A DNA stretch of 39,539 bases from a virus. The first letter of the stretch is position 1; every line of letters begins with the position of its first letter. The stretch is taken from UHGV virus genome UHGV-0102636; one strand, 5' to 3'. This document shows, in pieces, positions 14,862-24,799 of the stretch. The notes beneath the pieces are model-generated. The model saw only the letters and a list, made by a program, of their open reading frames with translations, made no database searches and was not told the DNA's origin. The position numbers were made by a program, and so were the translations under genes.

Positions 14862-15916
14862 ACCTTTGTCACCGTTCCTAACTTTGGAATACTATTAGGT
14901 TGCAAAATAAGGTTATTCAAAGAACCATTTAGTTTGGTAAATTGAACATCTAAAACACCAGTAACTTGAAGTATACGTGTTTCTATATAGGCAATTCTTA
15001 CGACTATATTGTCCGTACTCTCCCACGTTCTAGATAGCTGTATAAGATATTCATCTATAGCCTTTTCTATATGTGCCCTTACATCTTCCCAAGTATGTGT
15101 GCTAAGAAGAGTAATATTACTTTCAATATTAATAACCGTTTCATCTACAGCTTGAACTGTTACGATGTGTCCTATTGGTGCAATACCTACACCTTTACCT
15201 TGATTTTGCATAGGGTCTATAGCTGTTTGCACTTGATTGATTAACTCAATGCTAGGTTTCTTGTGTTCTGAATTAATGATAACAAGCTTAACTGTTCCTC
15301 CACCATTCCAAACTGGATAAACCTTTGTTCCTCCTACGCCTTTAATCTTGTTTGTCTTTTGCTTGTAATCAGCAATATTGCCACCAAACGATTCATTTTC
15401 TATGCTAGTAAAATATCTTTTTCTCAATGCTTCATCATCTTCCATATCTTCACCTGGAATCAATATGTCGGATAGTGTAGCATTTGTTAATCCATCTATG
15501 TTATCTAATGAAGTTAAGTTGCCATTATAAATGTTCCCGATTTTACCAGTTTGCTCACATTGTAATTCGTACTCAAAGCCTAATATATGCTTAGTTGCTT
15601 GATAGGTCGTATCTTCAACAGAAAATCTGCTACCTATAGGAATTTCTATGTTGAATACCCCTTTTCTAATGGCATGCGTTGCCTGTTGTCTGTATATCCC
15701 ACGTTCGCTACATCTTTTTGTAAGAAACTCGCCAAAACTAGTATCTGCATAAGTTAGATTCAACACATTTTGAAGTTCTAAATAAACTTGTGCAAGTTCA
15801 AAGCATGCAGGTGCTAAAGCATCATAAATTAAAGTCCCTTCTTCCTTGTAAATATCATCTGGTATCTCATTTAAGCATCTATCAAGCAGCTCTTCATAAG
15901 TTGGAATATTTATCAT
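14858..15916 (-). CDS. Baseplate J-like protein (XkdT)
   Basis: EGTLIYDALAPA, EDDEALR, GGNIADY, PVWNGGGTVK; likely ATG at 15916. Confidence 0.92.
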   Translation of the reverse strand: MINIPTYEELLDRCLNEIPDDIYKEEGTLIYDALAPACFELAQVYLELQNVLNLTYADTSFGEFLTKRCSERGIYRQQATHAIRKGVFNIEIPIGSRFSVEDTTYQATKHILGFEYELQCEQTGKIGNIYNGNLTSLDNIDGLTNATLSDILIPGEDMEDDEALRKRYFTSIENESFGGNIADYKQKTNKIKGVGGTKVYPVWNGGGTVKLVIINSEHKKPSIELINQVQTAIDPMQNQGKGVGIAPIGHIVTVQAVDETVINIESNITLLSTHTWEDVRAHIEKAIDEYLIQLSRTWESTDNIVVRIAYIETRILQVTGVLDVQFTKLNGSLNNLILQPNSIPKLGTVTKV

Positions 15917-16316
15917 GTATCTCCACCTCTCCAAAATCTGTAATAACTGTAAAATCACATATAAGTAATGTTTTTTCAAACGTTACACTAAAATTAGTAA
16001 CTTCTTTAATGTAGCTATTGACAAACAATGCTTCTTTTATATATCTTTGCAATTCGCTTTCCACAAATGCTCTGTCAAAGCTTTTATTGATTAAATCTTC
16101 TGTCTCAACGCCATAATCCCAAGTATAAATAAGATGTCTAAACCTCGGTGTCATAAGCACTTTATAAATCCATATCTTTATAGCTTCTTTACCTTGTACC
16201 ATTCTGCCTGTTAATTTACCTGTTTTAAAATCAACCTCATACTCAATAGGTATTTTCTTTTTATTTATGATTTCCTCACTCTTATCCTCTTGATCTATAA
16301 AAGGGAATAGACTCAT
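15894..16316 (-). CDS. Baseplate wedge XkdS/DUF2634
   Basis: EAIKIWIYKVLMTPRFRHLIYTWDYG. Confidence 0.88.
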   Translation of the reverse strand: MSLFPFIDQEDKSEEIINKKKIPIEYEVDFKTGKLTGRMVQGKEAIKIWIYKVLMTPRFRHLIYTWDYGVETEDLINKSFDRAFVESELQRYIKEALFVNSYIKEVTNFSVTFEKTLLICDFTVITDFGEVEIHDKYSNL

Positions 16317-16807
16317 ACTATGCTCACCACCTTACACAGAACAATATAAAGTTGCTCACCATCCATAGGCATTAAAGCAAGTAAATCACCCTTCTTTAGA
16401 TAAGATTTGAATTCAACTTCTGACTCGCCACTTAATGTGTATGGACCAGTTGATTCACAAGATCCATTGAAAGTTGCTTGATTATTAATAGAATGATTAT
16501 GGCTTGCAAAGGAATCCTCTCCTGAACCACCAGATGTATTTTGTGTACTTGATGTTAAATTGCCCTGTATACTTGATTCGCCATTATTACTCATTGTCCC
16601 TTGAGATGTAACTTGTAGGCTTCTTTTATACCCCTCTATTAAGTAATCAGCTATTAAGAAGTCGTCAACATCAAGTAGTAATTCATCAACTTTTATTTCT
16701 AATGGGGTCTCTGATACAACTTTGCCCAAACAAATAGAAGGTGGATTTGATTTCGCACCTTCTGCCTGCATCATTGCTATTAATCCTGAATATGGGTCCT
16801 TATTCAT
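16313..16807 (-). CDS. XkdR/DUF2577 spike-like protein
   Basis: GKVVSETPLEI, SHNH, LKKGD..YIVLCKV. Confidence 0.85.
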   Translation of the reverse strand: MNKDPYSGLIAMMQAEGAKSNPPSICLGKVVSETPLEIKVDELLLDVDDFLIADYLIEGYKRSLQVTSQGTMSNNGESSIQGNLTSSTQNTSGGSGEDSFASHNHSINNQATFNGSCESTGPYTLSGESEVEFKSYLKKGDLLALMPMDGEQLYIVLCKVVSIV

Positions 16808-16818
16808 ATACCCACCTC

Positions 16819-17778
16819 CTACTTCTCATCCATAATGTTTTTAAAGTTTAAATTAAGCTTCATAATATGTTGACCATTTGACCATGTATGTGTATCACTA
16901 TCAATATAGAAAACGCCTGTAAGTCCACTCGCACTATCTTTAAGCTGCACACCATTCCCTGTAACACAATCAACATATCCTAGTGCCGTTACATGAACAG
17001 TCTTTTGAACATCTACAAGCATTGATTGGGCTACTGTTTTAGCAGACTTATCTTTTTCTTTCGTATAAATATTTTGCAGTACTCCATACTTTTTAATCCA
17101 TTCAGCATTTTCGACCACGCCAATGGCATTACCTTTTCCATCATAAATACGAACTCGATTGACCATATTTTCAATACTTTCTGTGTAGCCACTGTCCATA
17201 ATATTACTTTCATCAGATAACATAAAAGTACTCATGACAGAACCTATTTCAATAACATCAAGCTTACCATCCCTTATTTTGGCCATGTACTTTTTATTGT
17301 TCTGCTTACTTGCTCCTGTGTAGGCACTCATAAAAATATCATAAATATATTTGTTATTTGCCTTGATATCTTGCTTAATGCCAGTCTTAGCAATATTACC
17401 TATAGGTATTGAGAAGTCATTACATATGGTTCTAGTCATTTCCTCGGCCGTCTTCTTTTTAAAGTTATAGACACCTCTATTTTTTATGGCATAAATCAAA
17501 TGGTCATAAGCCACAACATTGACTGTACTATTCTGGCCAGATTTACTATTCAAAAAGACAAATCCTTTAAATAACAATTTCCCATCATCATTAAAAAGCT
17601 TTAATATACTGCCATTTTTAATATAGATGTCTGGTATATTTTTATCGAGTACACTATTAATAAAGTCTAATTCTAATCTTCTAGCAACCTGACTTTTACC
17701 ACCAGCCCATGTTATTTTACTTATGTAATGCGTAATGTCACTGTATAATCCTTCTTGATGTAAATAGACTTTTGGCAT
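16819..17778 (-). CDS. XkdQ/YqbQ baseplate hub
   Basis: ITWAG..ARRL, KKYGVLQ, FYIDSDTHTW. Confidence 0.88.
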   Translation of the reverse strand: MPKVYLHQEGLYSDITHYISKITWAGGKSQVARRLELDFINSVLDKNIPDIYIKNGSILKLFNDDGKLLFKGFVFLNSKSGQNSTVNVVAYDHLIYAIKNRGVYNFKKKTAEEMTRTICNDFSIPIGNIAKTGIKQDIKANNKYIYDIFMSAYTGASKQNNKKYMAKIRDGKLDVIEIGSVMSTFMLSDESNIMDSGYTESIENMVNRVRIYDGKGNAIGVVENAEWIKKYGVLQNIYTKEKDKSAKTVAQSMLVDVQKTVHVTALGYVDCVTGNGVQLKDSASGLTGVFYIDSDTHTWSNGQHIMKLNLNFKNIMDEK

Positions 17779-18416
17779 TAAATTAACACCACCGTTCCCT
17801 TAACTAAATCCATGCCCTTATACTGATCTCTTTGATTGGTTTTAGCTATGGCCTTAGCATTACTCATACTTCCTGTCGTTTTCTTTGCTACAGTGTACAT
17901 GTTGTCACCTTTTTGCACCTTGTACTTAGAAGGTATAGGTTTTGCTTCCCTCTTTGTAGCTGGAACAGTAACTTGAGTGCCATTAGGTGTTGTAACCTTT
18001 GTAGGCTTAACTTGCTTCGTAAAAACATATTCTCTAAGTTCTAAGGTGAAGTAAACATCTCTTGTACCATCTTGCTCTGAAAATATAAAGTTCTCAATAG
18101 TCATAGCGTAATTAATAGATGTACCTGTAATGATTAAACGAATAGGCCTACCTGAGTCCCTCCATTTCTGAATCATCTTCACGCATTCATAAGGTTTAGG
18201 AAATCCTGTGTACTTACAGAAGTAGTACTCTTGTGCAGGGAAAAAACTTGATAGAGAAATAGATGCAAGACCTTTTTTACCTATCAAGTTGATTTCTCCC
18301 AGTGCGTTTATATTGACAACTGTATTATTGTTCCTTTGAGAAAGTTCAAAATCAGAAGGTGTAACAGGCAATCGAAGTTGTTCCTCATTATTGTTATAGG
18401 ATAAATAAAAATCCAT
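17778..18416 (-). CDS. XkdP LysM tail protein
   Basis: LPVTP, LSSFFP, DVYFTLELREY, YKVQKGD LysM. Confidence 0.88.
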   Translation of the reverse strand: MDFYLSYNNNEEQLRLPVTPSDFELSQRNNNTVVNINALGEINLIGKKGLASISLSSFFPAQEYYFCKYTGFPKPYECVKMIQKWRDSGRPIRLIITGTSINYAMTIENFIFSEQDGTRDVYFTLELREYVFTKQVKPTKVTTPNGTQVTVPATKREAKPIPSKYKVQKGDNMYTVAKKTTGSMSNAKAIAKTNQRDQYKGMDLVKGTVVLI

Positions 18417-18425
18417 AGCTACCTC

Positions 18426-20459
18426 CTATCCTAAAGATGTATTCATTGCACGCTTTTCTAGGTTTAAATATAATTGATAAGCTAACTTTTCAATATCCGC
18501 TTCTTCACGTATAACCATAGAAGCTATGTTAATGTTAACTCCACCTGAAGAAAGGGCTTGGTCTCGCTTATCTGCTTCTACTTTTGTAAGGATTTCTTCA
18601 CCCTCATGCAAAACCGCCTCATACCCATCATATGGAACCCTATCTAGTCCTGTAGCATGAAACCCTTTTTGTTTAGATAAGCTTGTAACAGGGTTATCTA
18701 TAGGTACATTAAATCCCTTATCTTTTGCAAGATTATTGATCTCTTGTGGACTAAGAGCACCACTTGCTCGCAGATCATCAATTACACCTGCATAACCTTT
18801 ACTGAACTGATTAGCCATTTGTTTACCAAACTCAACATACTGACTATTTAAAGCGACATCAGCTTGAATACTTTGAACTATCCCCATTTGAGACTCTTGC
18901 AAAAGTTTGACACCTTCACTATTTTGGTACTCAATCTCTGCCTTTGCTCGAGCTTCTGCGATAATTCTTCCCATTTCAGCTCCATCATCTTCACGCTTAG
19001 CCATTTTGTACTCATCTGTTTCCATAGCACTTGACATGGCATCAATAATAGACTGTTGATACTTATTTTCTAGGTCTGCTTTAAACTCACCTATAAGGCT
19101 GTTAGCTTCTCTCATTTTATCGCCAAGTTTACCACTAAGTTGCTCTATTTCTTTCTCCATACCCTCTTGGCGTTTGGTGTTATAACCTTCACCGTATCCT
19201 AATGTTATTTCAGCCTGCAAATCATTAAGCATTGCCATTTTACCAGCATATGTGTCCATTTGTGCATTCATAGCACCATAAAACCTACCACCTTCAGTAG
19301 TAGCAATTTGAAAGGCCCTTGTAACATCCTCTGCACTAATAAGTCCATTACTCATATCTTCTCTAAGTTCTGCAAGTGTTCGGCCTTGCTCTTCGGCTAA
19401 TATAGATAATGGGTTAAACCCTGCTGCTGTATATTGCAATAAGTCTTGGCCAGTAAGTTTCCCTGCTGATTGAGTTTGAGCATAAGCATAGGTTAAGTTG
19501 TTAAACTTATTCTGGTCACCCATGGCTACTTCACCAAGCATTCTCATGTCATCCATAACATTTTCAGCTTTTATGCCGTAGGCTAACATTTGTTTAGCTG
19601 CATTAACCATACTCGTTCCTTCATATGGAGTTTCTATTCCAAATGTTTTAATTTCCTCAAATAACTTATTCCCTTCTTCTTGACTACCAAGCAAAGTTCC
19701 CAATCCCATTACAAGTTGTTCCCTATCGCTTGACATTGTACTACCACTTTGTAAGTCTTGCTCTTGCTGTTCGGTTACTTTGCTATAAAGTGATTGCACT
19801 TCATTTCTAAACCTATCATCATCACGTTGTTGTTGCTCGGATAAAGCATTTATAGCCCCTGTCAAACCACCAACTGCAGCACCAACTGCACTGCCGATAG
19901 GTCCTGCTATAGCCCCAATAGCAGCTCCATTCAAAACCCCACCTGCTATAGAACTAATGTTACTGCCAACTTCTGAACCATACATAGAGGTAATATTTTG
20001 ATTAACGCTACTCGTTAGGGCATCTCCTACCATATTTCCTAGCCCTGCACTAGCTAAATTTTTAAGCATGGAGGTCTGTTGCGCTGCCATTGTACTACGC
20101 AGATTATTAGACTTATTCATATCAGCTTGCAATCTACTTTCAGCTTTACTTGCATCATTTGCTACTTTAGTAAGTCTCTTATACTCTTCTTGAAGCCCTA
20201 TTAGTTCACGTTGTTGCATTTGATAGGCTATTTTTGCCCCTTCAGATCCATCTTTAATGGCACGATTAATCTGATTAAGGTTTCTTTGTGCTTCTTTTAT
20301 ATCTAATTTTACTTCTAGTTTTTTATCAAATGCTTGGCTTTGTATCTTCCTATATTCCGTAACATCTCTTGACAGCCCATCAACACTTTTTCTCATTTTT
20401 TGAAGACTATGTGTAAGATTATCACTTGCCTTAAATGCAATACTTACGTCTTTTGCCAC
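18426..20459 (-). CDS. Tape measure protein
   Basis: TPYE, GKLTGQDLLQY..GFNP, HATGLDRVPYDGYEAVLHEGE. Confidence 0.92.
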   Translation of the reverse strand: MAKDVSIAFKASDNLTHSLQKMRKSVDGLSRDVTEYRKIQSQAFDKKLEVKLDIKEAQRNLNQINRAIKDGSEGAKIAYQMQQRELIGLQEEYKRLTKVANDASKAESRLQADMNKSNNLRSTMAAQQTSMLKNLASAGLGNMVGDALTSSVNQNITSMYGSEVGSNISSIAGGVLNGAAIGAIAGPIGSAVGAAVGGLTGAINALSEQQQRDDDRFRNEVQSLYSKVTEQQEQDLQSGSTMSSDREQLVMGLGTLLGSQEEGNKLFEEIKTFGIETPYEGTSMVNAAKQMLAYGIKAENVMDDMRMLGEVAMGDQNKFNNLTYAYAQTQSAGKLTGQDLLQYTAAGFNPLSILAEEQGRTLAELREDMSNGLISAEDVTRAFQIATTEGGRFYGAMNAQMDTYAGKMAMLNDLQAEITLGYGEGYNTKRQEGMEKEIEQLSGKLGDKMREANSLIGEFKADLENKYQQSIIDAMSSAMETDEYKMAKREDDGAEMGRIIAEARAKAEIEYQNSEGVKLLQESQMGIVQSIQADVALNSQYVEFGKQMANQFSKGYAGVIDDLRASGALSPQEINNLAKDKGFNVPIDNPVTSLSKQKGFHATGLDRVPYDGYEAVLHEGEEILTKVEADKRDQALSSGGVNINIASMVIREEADIEKLAYQLYLNLEKRAMNTSLG

Positions 20460-20516
20460 TTAACCACCTCCTTTTTACAAAAAAGAAAGACACTTGACTA
20501 GCAAGTGCCTAATACA

Positions 20517-21020
20517 TTAATTTATTTTTTCATATGCAGACATATTAAATGGATTAGTAGTAGATAGAAGTGTTTCACCATTTTCATCATGAATTAAAAT
20601 GGTGTCTATCCAATACTCATATTGGAAAACTGCTTGTGCAATTGTCTCAAGAGTGCTTTTATCATTAATATCACAAGTTAAAACTGCTCTTACAGTATTA
20701 TCATTAAACATCTTAATTTCTATGATATTTTTATACCAAGGAGCACCCCACTCAGGATCTCCCCATGTCTCTAACATGTAATCAGATACTTTTTTTGTTA
20801 ATTCCTCATCCCATTTTGTAATAGCATCATCGCCATCAACTTTATCCTGGTCTGATATATCACCATGTATTTGGTCAATATCCTCTTGAGTATCTTGATA
20901 CTCAACTTGTTCTATCTCTTCAGGTTTACTCTCTTCCATTTTCACAGTTTCATTCACTCCACAAGCTACCATCGAAAACATCATAATACTTACTATTAAT
21001 AAACTAAATAACTTTTTCAT
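20517..21020 (-). CDS. Acidic lipoprotein moron
   Basis: MKKLFSLLIVSIMMFSMVA-C lipobox; terminator at ~20479-20510. Confidence 0.8.
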   Translation of the reverse strand: MKKLFSLLIVSIMMFSMVACGVNETVKMEESKPEEIEQVEYQDTQEDIDQIHGDISDQDKVDGDDAITKWDEELTKKVSDYMLETWGDPEWGAPWYKNIIEIKMFNDNTVRAVLTCDINDKSTLETIAQAVFQYEYWIDTILIHDENGETLLSTTNPFNMSAYEKIN

Positions 21021-21064
21021 ACCCCACCTCTAAATAGTCTTTATTTTATATATAATAATATCAT

Positions 21065-21229
21065 TTAGAAGTGTCTAGGTCTACTTTCCATTTCGATTAT
21101 ATAAAAGCTTCTTAATAGTTTTAACTCACCAGAACTCATTTTGTAAATATCGGAAGGCTTTATCCCATGCTTAGACCATGCATAATACATTATTTTAGCC
21201 ATAAAATCGCCTTCCTTTATGAGTTTTTT
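21065..21229 (-). CDS. Frameshift extension of the tail assembly chaperone (GT product)
   Basis: A AAA AAC slippery site at 21229-21223; -1 frame KLIKEGDFMAKIMYYAWSKHGIKPSDIYKM...RHF. Confidence 0.8.
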   Translation of the reverse strand, partial: KKLIKEGDFMAKIMYYAWSKHGIKPSDIYKMSSGELKLLRSFYIIEMESRPRHF

Positions 21230-21603
21230 ACTTCTCTCACAGCATCATTATTATATCCGGATAATTCGTTTACAACCTTATAAATACTATAAAGTTCACC
21301 TGGTAAAAACAGTTTGTTGAGTAAGTCTTTTGGTGTAAATACTCCAAACTTGTCCATCAATTCTTTATTGCTTAAACGCTGCCCATCAATTCTGCAAGCT
21401 TCTAATATAGTATTTAACTCCATATCTGTATTAGTCTTGCTAATCTCTCCTAGATGAGCCACTTGCTCGTGTGTGAGTGCATAGCAAGTCACTACAAACT
21501 TTTCACCTAATACTTTGCTAAGCCTTTTAATTTCATAGTTTTTGTTATGTTTAGCTTGTAACTTTTCTACATCTGTTTCTAGTAATAAATCAATAATGCT
21601 CAT
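21217..21603 (-). CDS. xkdN: XkdN tail assembly chaperone
   Basis: IKRLSKVLG, LFLPGE..ELSGY..EVKN. Confidence 0.88.
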   Translation of the reverse strand: MSIIDLLLETDVEKLQAKHNKNYEIKRLSKVLGEKFVVTCYALTHEQVAHLGEISKTNTDMELNTILEACRIDGQRLSNKELMDKFGVFTPKDLLNKLFLPGELYSIYKVVNELSGYNNDAVREVKNS

Positions 21604-21644
21604 AATATCCCTCCTATAAAAATAAGACTAGGTTTCCCTAGTCT

Positions 21645-22082
21645 CTATTGTGGTTCGATAATATCTAAGTAATCCCAATCGGTAAAAGTAAAATTCTGAG
21701 TAATAGAACCTACTTGTCCACTTGCCCAGTCTGCGAGTGTTAGTGTAGAGAATTGGCAGTTTTTAAGCACTACTCTTTCTGCACCATATGCATCTGGGTC
21801 TGCTAATTTTGAAATAACAGTAAATACTGGCGTTTTACCTGCTTTAAGCATATCAGATAGCTTAATAGCCATTCTTGAATTAACTTTTGTCATTGTAATT
21901 GATCCATTACCATTCATGCCACTTACTTTCTGGTGTTTAGCTAGGTCGCCACACATAGGAACGTCAATAAACTCTAAGCTTATATCAGCTTTTAATCCTG
22001 TAGCCTCACGCACTAATTCACCTTCAAGCCATACTTCACCATATGTACCATTAATCGCTCTTCTTTCATCATACATAGCCAT
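21645..22082 (-). CDS. xkdM: Tail tube protein
   Basis: INGTYGEVW, SKLADPDAYGAERV, FTFTDW. Confidence 0.93.
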   Translation of the reverse strand: MAMYDERRAINGTYGEVWLEGELVREATGLKADISLEFIDVPMCGDLAKHQKVSGMNGNGSITMTKVNSRMAIKLSDMLKAGKTPVFTVISKLADPDAYGAERVVLKNCQFSTLTLADWASGQVGSITQNFTFTDWDYLDIIEPQ

Positions 22083-22096
22083 ACGTTAGACACCTC

Positions 22097-23146
22097 CTAA
22101 ATAAAGAAATTAATCTGAATATCCTCAATAGCATTAAGGATTTTAAAACGTGATTCTAAGAATACAAATGTTTGTGTATTCGCTTCTTTGATTTCTTGAT
22201 CTGTCATATCATCTACAGGTTCACCTTTACCTTTTAAGTAATTAATTTGTGCAGCCATATCAATGCCAGTAACAATATTTGTATCAAGTAATTCATCATT
22301 TCTTAATGCTTCTAAGTAAGCCTGAATAGATACAATTAAGTTGCACTTGTTATCATAGTTATTTGCAAACTTACCAATATAATTATCTTCGCAAGTACGC
22401 TTAATATCTGTGTAAATTAGATCCATAATATCTACAATCTTAATAGATTTATAATCCTCACTCTTAGTTGCACCTACTGTTGTTAAACTATTTACAGCCC
22501 TTGCTACTTTTACCTTTTCGCCGTCATGGAAGATGACAAATTCACCTGCGTCAATTTTAGTATCTAACTCTGACTTAGTGAATTTAGGAACATCATCTAC
22601 TTCCGAAAGTTGATAGTAAGTAGCACTTTGTTGAAGTGGTGTACCTGCTAACATACCAGCAATGCGTGAGCAATACTGAGCTGTTGTGAAAGTGGTATCA
22701 CCTACAACAATATTATCTGTTGTAAAGTTAATAATGCCTTCATGATCTCCCTTAGTATTTGGTAATACTGCTTTCACTTTAATGCCTTTTGTATCTCTAA
22801 GTCCTTTTACGAAAGTTGCCATGGCTGTAGCGGCTTCACTCTCCATATCATGTGGCCCTACGACATAATCAAATTTTTGTGTTTCAATTACCTTTAAGCC
22901 ATTTTGTACAGTATCAGATACAATAAGCACTACTGAACGTACTGGCTTTACTCCACCTAAAAAGCATCTTTCAATATATGCCTTGTTTTCAGGTGTAAGG
23001 CCATCTGGAATTTGAGTAATATCCTCAATCTTCGTTACACCGTGCGTTTCATCAACTACAATAATCGCTACAATACCTCGTTCACCACGCTTAATTGCTG
23101 TTGATGCCTTACTTTTAAATTCAATAAGTATATTTGGTAAACCCAT
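22097..23146 (-). CDS. xkdK: Tail sheath protein
   Basis: MGLPNI.IEFK, DHEGIINFT, RAVNSLTT, IKIVDIMD, YIGKFANNYDNK. Confidence 0.93.
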   Translation of the reverse strand: MGLPNILIEFKSKASTAIKRGERGIVAIIVVDETHGVTKIEDITQIPDGLTPENKAYIERCFLGGVKPVRSVVLIVSDTVQNGLKVIETQKFDYVVGPHDMESEAATAMATFVKGLRDTKGIKVKAVLPNTKGDHEGIINFTTDNIVVGDTTFTTAQYCSRIAGMLAGTPLQQSATYYQLSEVDDVPKFTKSELDTKIDAGEFVIFHDGEKVKVARAVNSLTTVGATKSEDYKSIKIVDIMDLIYTDIKRTCEDNYIGKFANNYDNKCNLIVSIQAYLEALRNDELLDTNIVTGIDMAAQINYLKGKGEPVDDMTDQEIKEANTQTFVFLESRFKILNAIEDIQINFFI

Positions 23147-23607
23147 TAAATCACCTCTTTCTCATTAATAAAAATTCTTTCAATCATTTCTCTTGCTTGT
23201 TCTTCATCAAATTTAGTGTCTACTAATCCATCTTTGAAGTTAAATTGCATATTTAAAGCAAGTTGCTCGTCTGCATCATTAAAACTGTAAGAAAACTTTA
23301 AATTCCTATCTTTAACTTGCAAATTAAACGTGCTTAAAAATTGCTTAAGTTGGTGCATAACATTTAGTTTTTCTTCTAGATCAGTTTTGCTGTACTTATC
23401 ATTAGTACCAAAATAGATAATTTGAATGTCTACTACGGTATCTTTTACAAATTTGCTACATCTTGTGTCTTTATTAAAGACTAATAAATATAAAAAAGAA
23501 GGTGTTTTAAAGCCCTCCGTTAAGTTCCCTATATAATGCTTACTTTTTGGTACACATTTTCTTATTTCACTTACTAGTGAGTAGAAAATATCTAAAATAT
23601 TAACCAT
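23146..23607 (-). CDS. Tail terminator-like protein
   Basis: EGFKTPSF, IQIIYF; position before the sheath gene. Confidence 0.75.
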   Translation of the reverse strand: MVNILDIFYSLVSEIRKCVPKSKHYIGNLTEGFKTPSFLYLLVFNKDTRCSKFVKDTVVDIQIIYFGTNDKYSKTDLEEKLNVMHQLKQFLSTFNLQVKDRNLKFSYSFNDADEQLALNMQFNFKDGLVDTKFDEEQAREMIERIFINEKEVI

Positions 23608-23998
23608 TAAAATCACCTACTAACTCATCAAGCATCTTTTCAGCATCTTGCTCCAGTTCATCTGCTAATTCATTAAGTGCATTCCTGTACATATGCTTGC
23701 CAGGAACCCACCCTATTACTTGACCATCTCTCACTAACTTATGACCATTTTCTATGAGGTGTGTATGTGGTGCAGTTTTATGATCTGCCCTTACTGCAGC
23801 ATATCCCCCACCAGAACCTATTGCCTTTGTTACACCATCTTTAAGATTACCAGTATGCTTCTTTACATTCGCATTAATATTAGAAATTACTTTGTTATAC
23901 ATTTTCTCACCGCTACCCTCAACTAATTTTCTTCTAGCCTGTGGAAATTGTTTAACCAGCTTCTCAAATTCTTTATCTAGGTCGTATAAGTCCATCAA
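23600..23998 (-). CDS. HK97 gp10-family neck protein
   Basis: TGNLK, APHTHLIENGH, WVPGKHM. Confidence 0.85.
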   Translation of the reverse strand: MMDLYDLDKEFEKLVKQFPQARRKLVEGSGEKMYNKVISNINANVKKHTGNLKDGVTKAIGSGGGYAAVRADHKTAPHTHLIENGHKLVRDGQVIGWVPGKHMYRNALNELADELEQDAEKMLDELVGDFNG

Positions 23999-24318
23999 AT
24001 CACCTCTAATGCTTTTATTTTAAAAATCTCATTCTTATATAGAACATTATCAATAGATGTAATATTGAATAGCTTATTGCCTTGCTTAAGCCTATCTTTT
24101 ATAGATAAATCTTTACAAGCATTGTACCTAATAACAAACTCTATAGTATTTTCAGCACTATATTGTTTGGCTTCCCAATACTCTTTCCCATGCAGATTAT
24201 TCATGCTGCACCATACAGTATTTAAATCAGTCCACTCTTCTATAGTAATTCCATGCTCATCTTCATATTCTATATTTCTCTGTATAGTTACCCTGTGATT
24301 TAATCTTCCTATATTCAT
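23995..24318 (-). CDS. Head closure (head-tail joining) protein
   Basis: MNIGRLNHRVTIQ, GKEYWEA, FVIRY, FNITSI. Confidence 0.9.
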   Translation of the reverse strand: MNIGRLNHRVTIQRNIEYEDEHGITIEEWTDLNTVWCSMNNLHGKEYWEAKQYSAENTIEFVIRYNACKDLSIKDRLKQGNKLFNITSIDNVLYKNEIFKIKALEVI

Positions 24319-24329
24319 TAAATCACCAC

Positions 24330-24629
24330 CTAAAGCAAGTTAATACAATGCATACTTAGCATACTATCATAGATTTTATTAACGCTTTCACCTGTTTTAT
24401 AAGAAGAAACCCCTTTTGTTCCCCTATTTTCATATAAATCAGCTACAATCATAAGAACTACATGAGCAAGTTCATCTATAGTGTCAATTTTAGCATCATC
24501 TAATCCTGTGTAGTTTTTAACATATGATTTTGCACTAATAAGTAGCTTTTCAAGATATTTATCATCATCATTAAAATCTACTCTAATATGCTGTTTTATA
24601 TCTTCTAATGTGATTTCACTTACTTTCAT
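24330..24629 (-). CDS. Head-tail connector (gp6-like)
   Basis: TLEDIKQHIRVD..DD, DLYENR. Confidence 0.9.
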   Translation of the reverse strand: MKVSEITLEDIKQHIRVDFNDDDKYLEKLLISAKSYVKNYTGLDDAKIDTIDELAHVVLMIVADLYENRGTKGVSSYKTGESVNKIYDSMLSMHCINLL

Positions 24630-24786
24630 CTTTCTTCACACCCTTTCGGGATTTCTTTTCTTCAACCTCTACAACGTACCCACATTTAAGAAGGTCAGTT
24701 AAGACCTCCTTATCTGTGATTTCTCTTTCTTCACCTGGATACATTGAGAGTTTACCTGAAAATCCTACAGTTGCTCGAACTCTCAT
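24616..24786 (-). CDS. Small post-capsid protein
   Basis: Not in track; SD AGGGGG; MRVRATVGFSGKLSMYPGEERE...DLLKCGYV. Confidence 0.75.
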   Translation of the reverse strand: MRVRATVGFSGKLSMYPGEEREITDKEVLTDLLKCGYVVEVEEKKSRKGVKKDESK

Positions 24787-24799
24787 TTTTTACCCCCTA

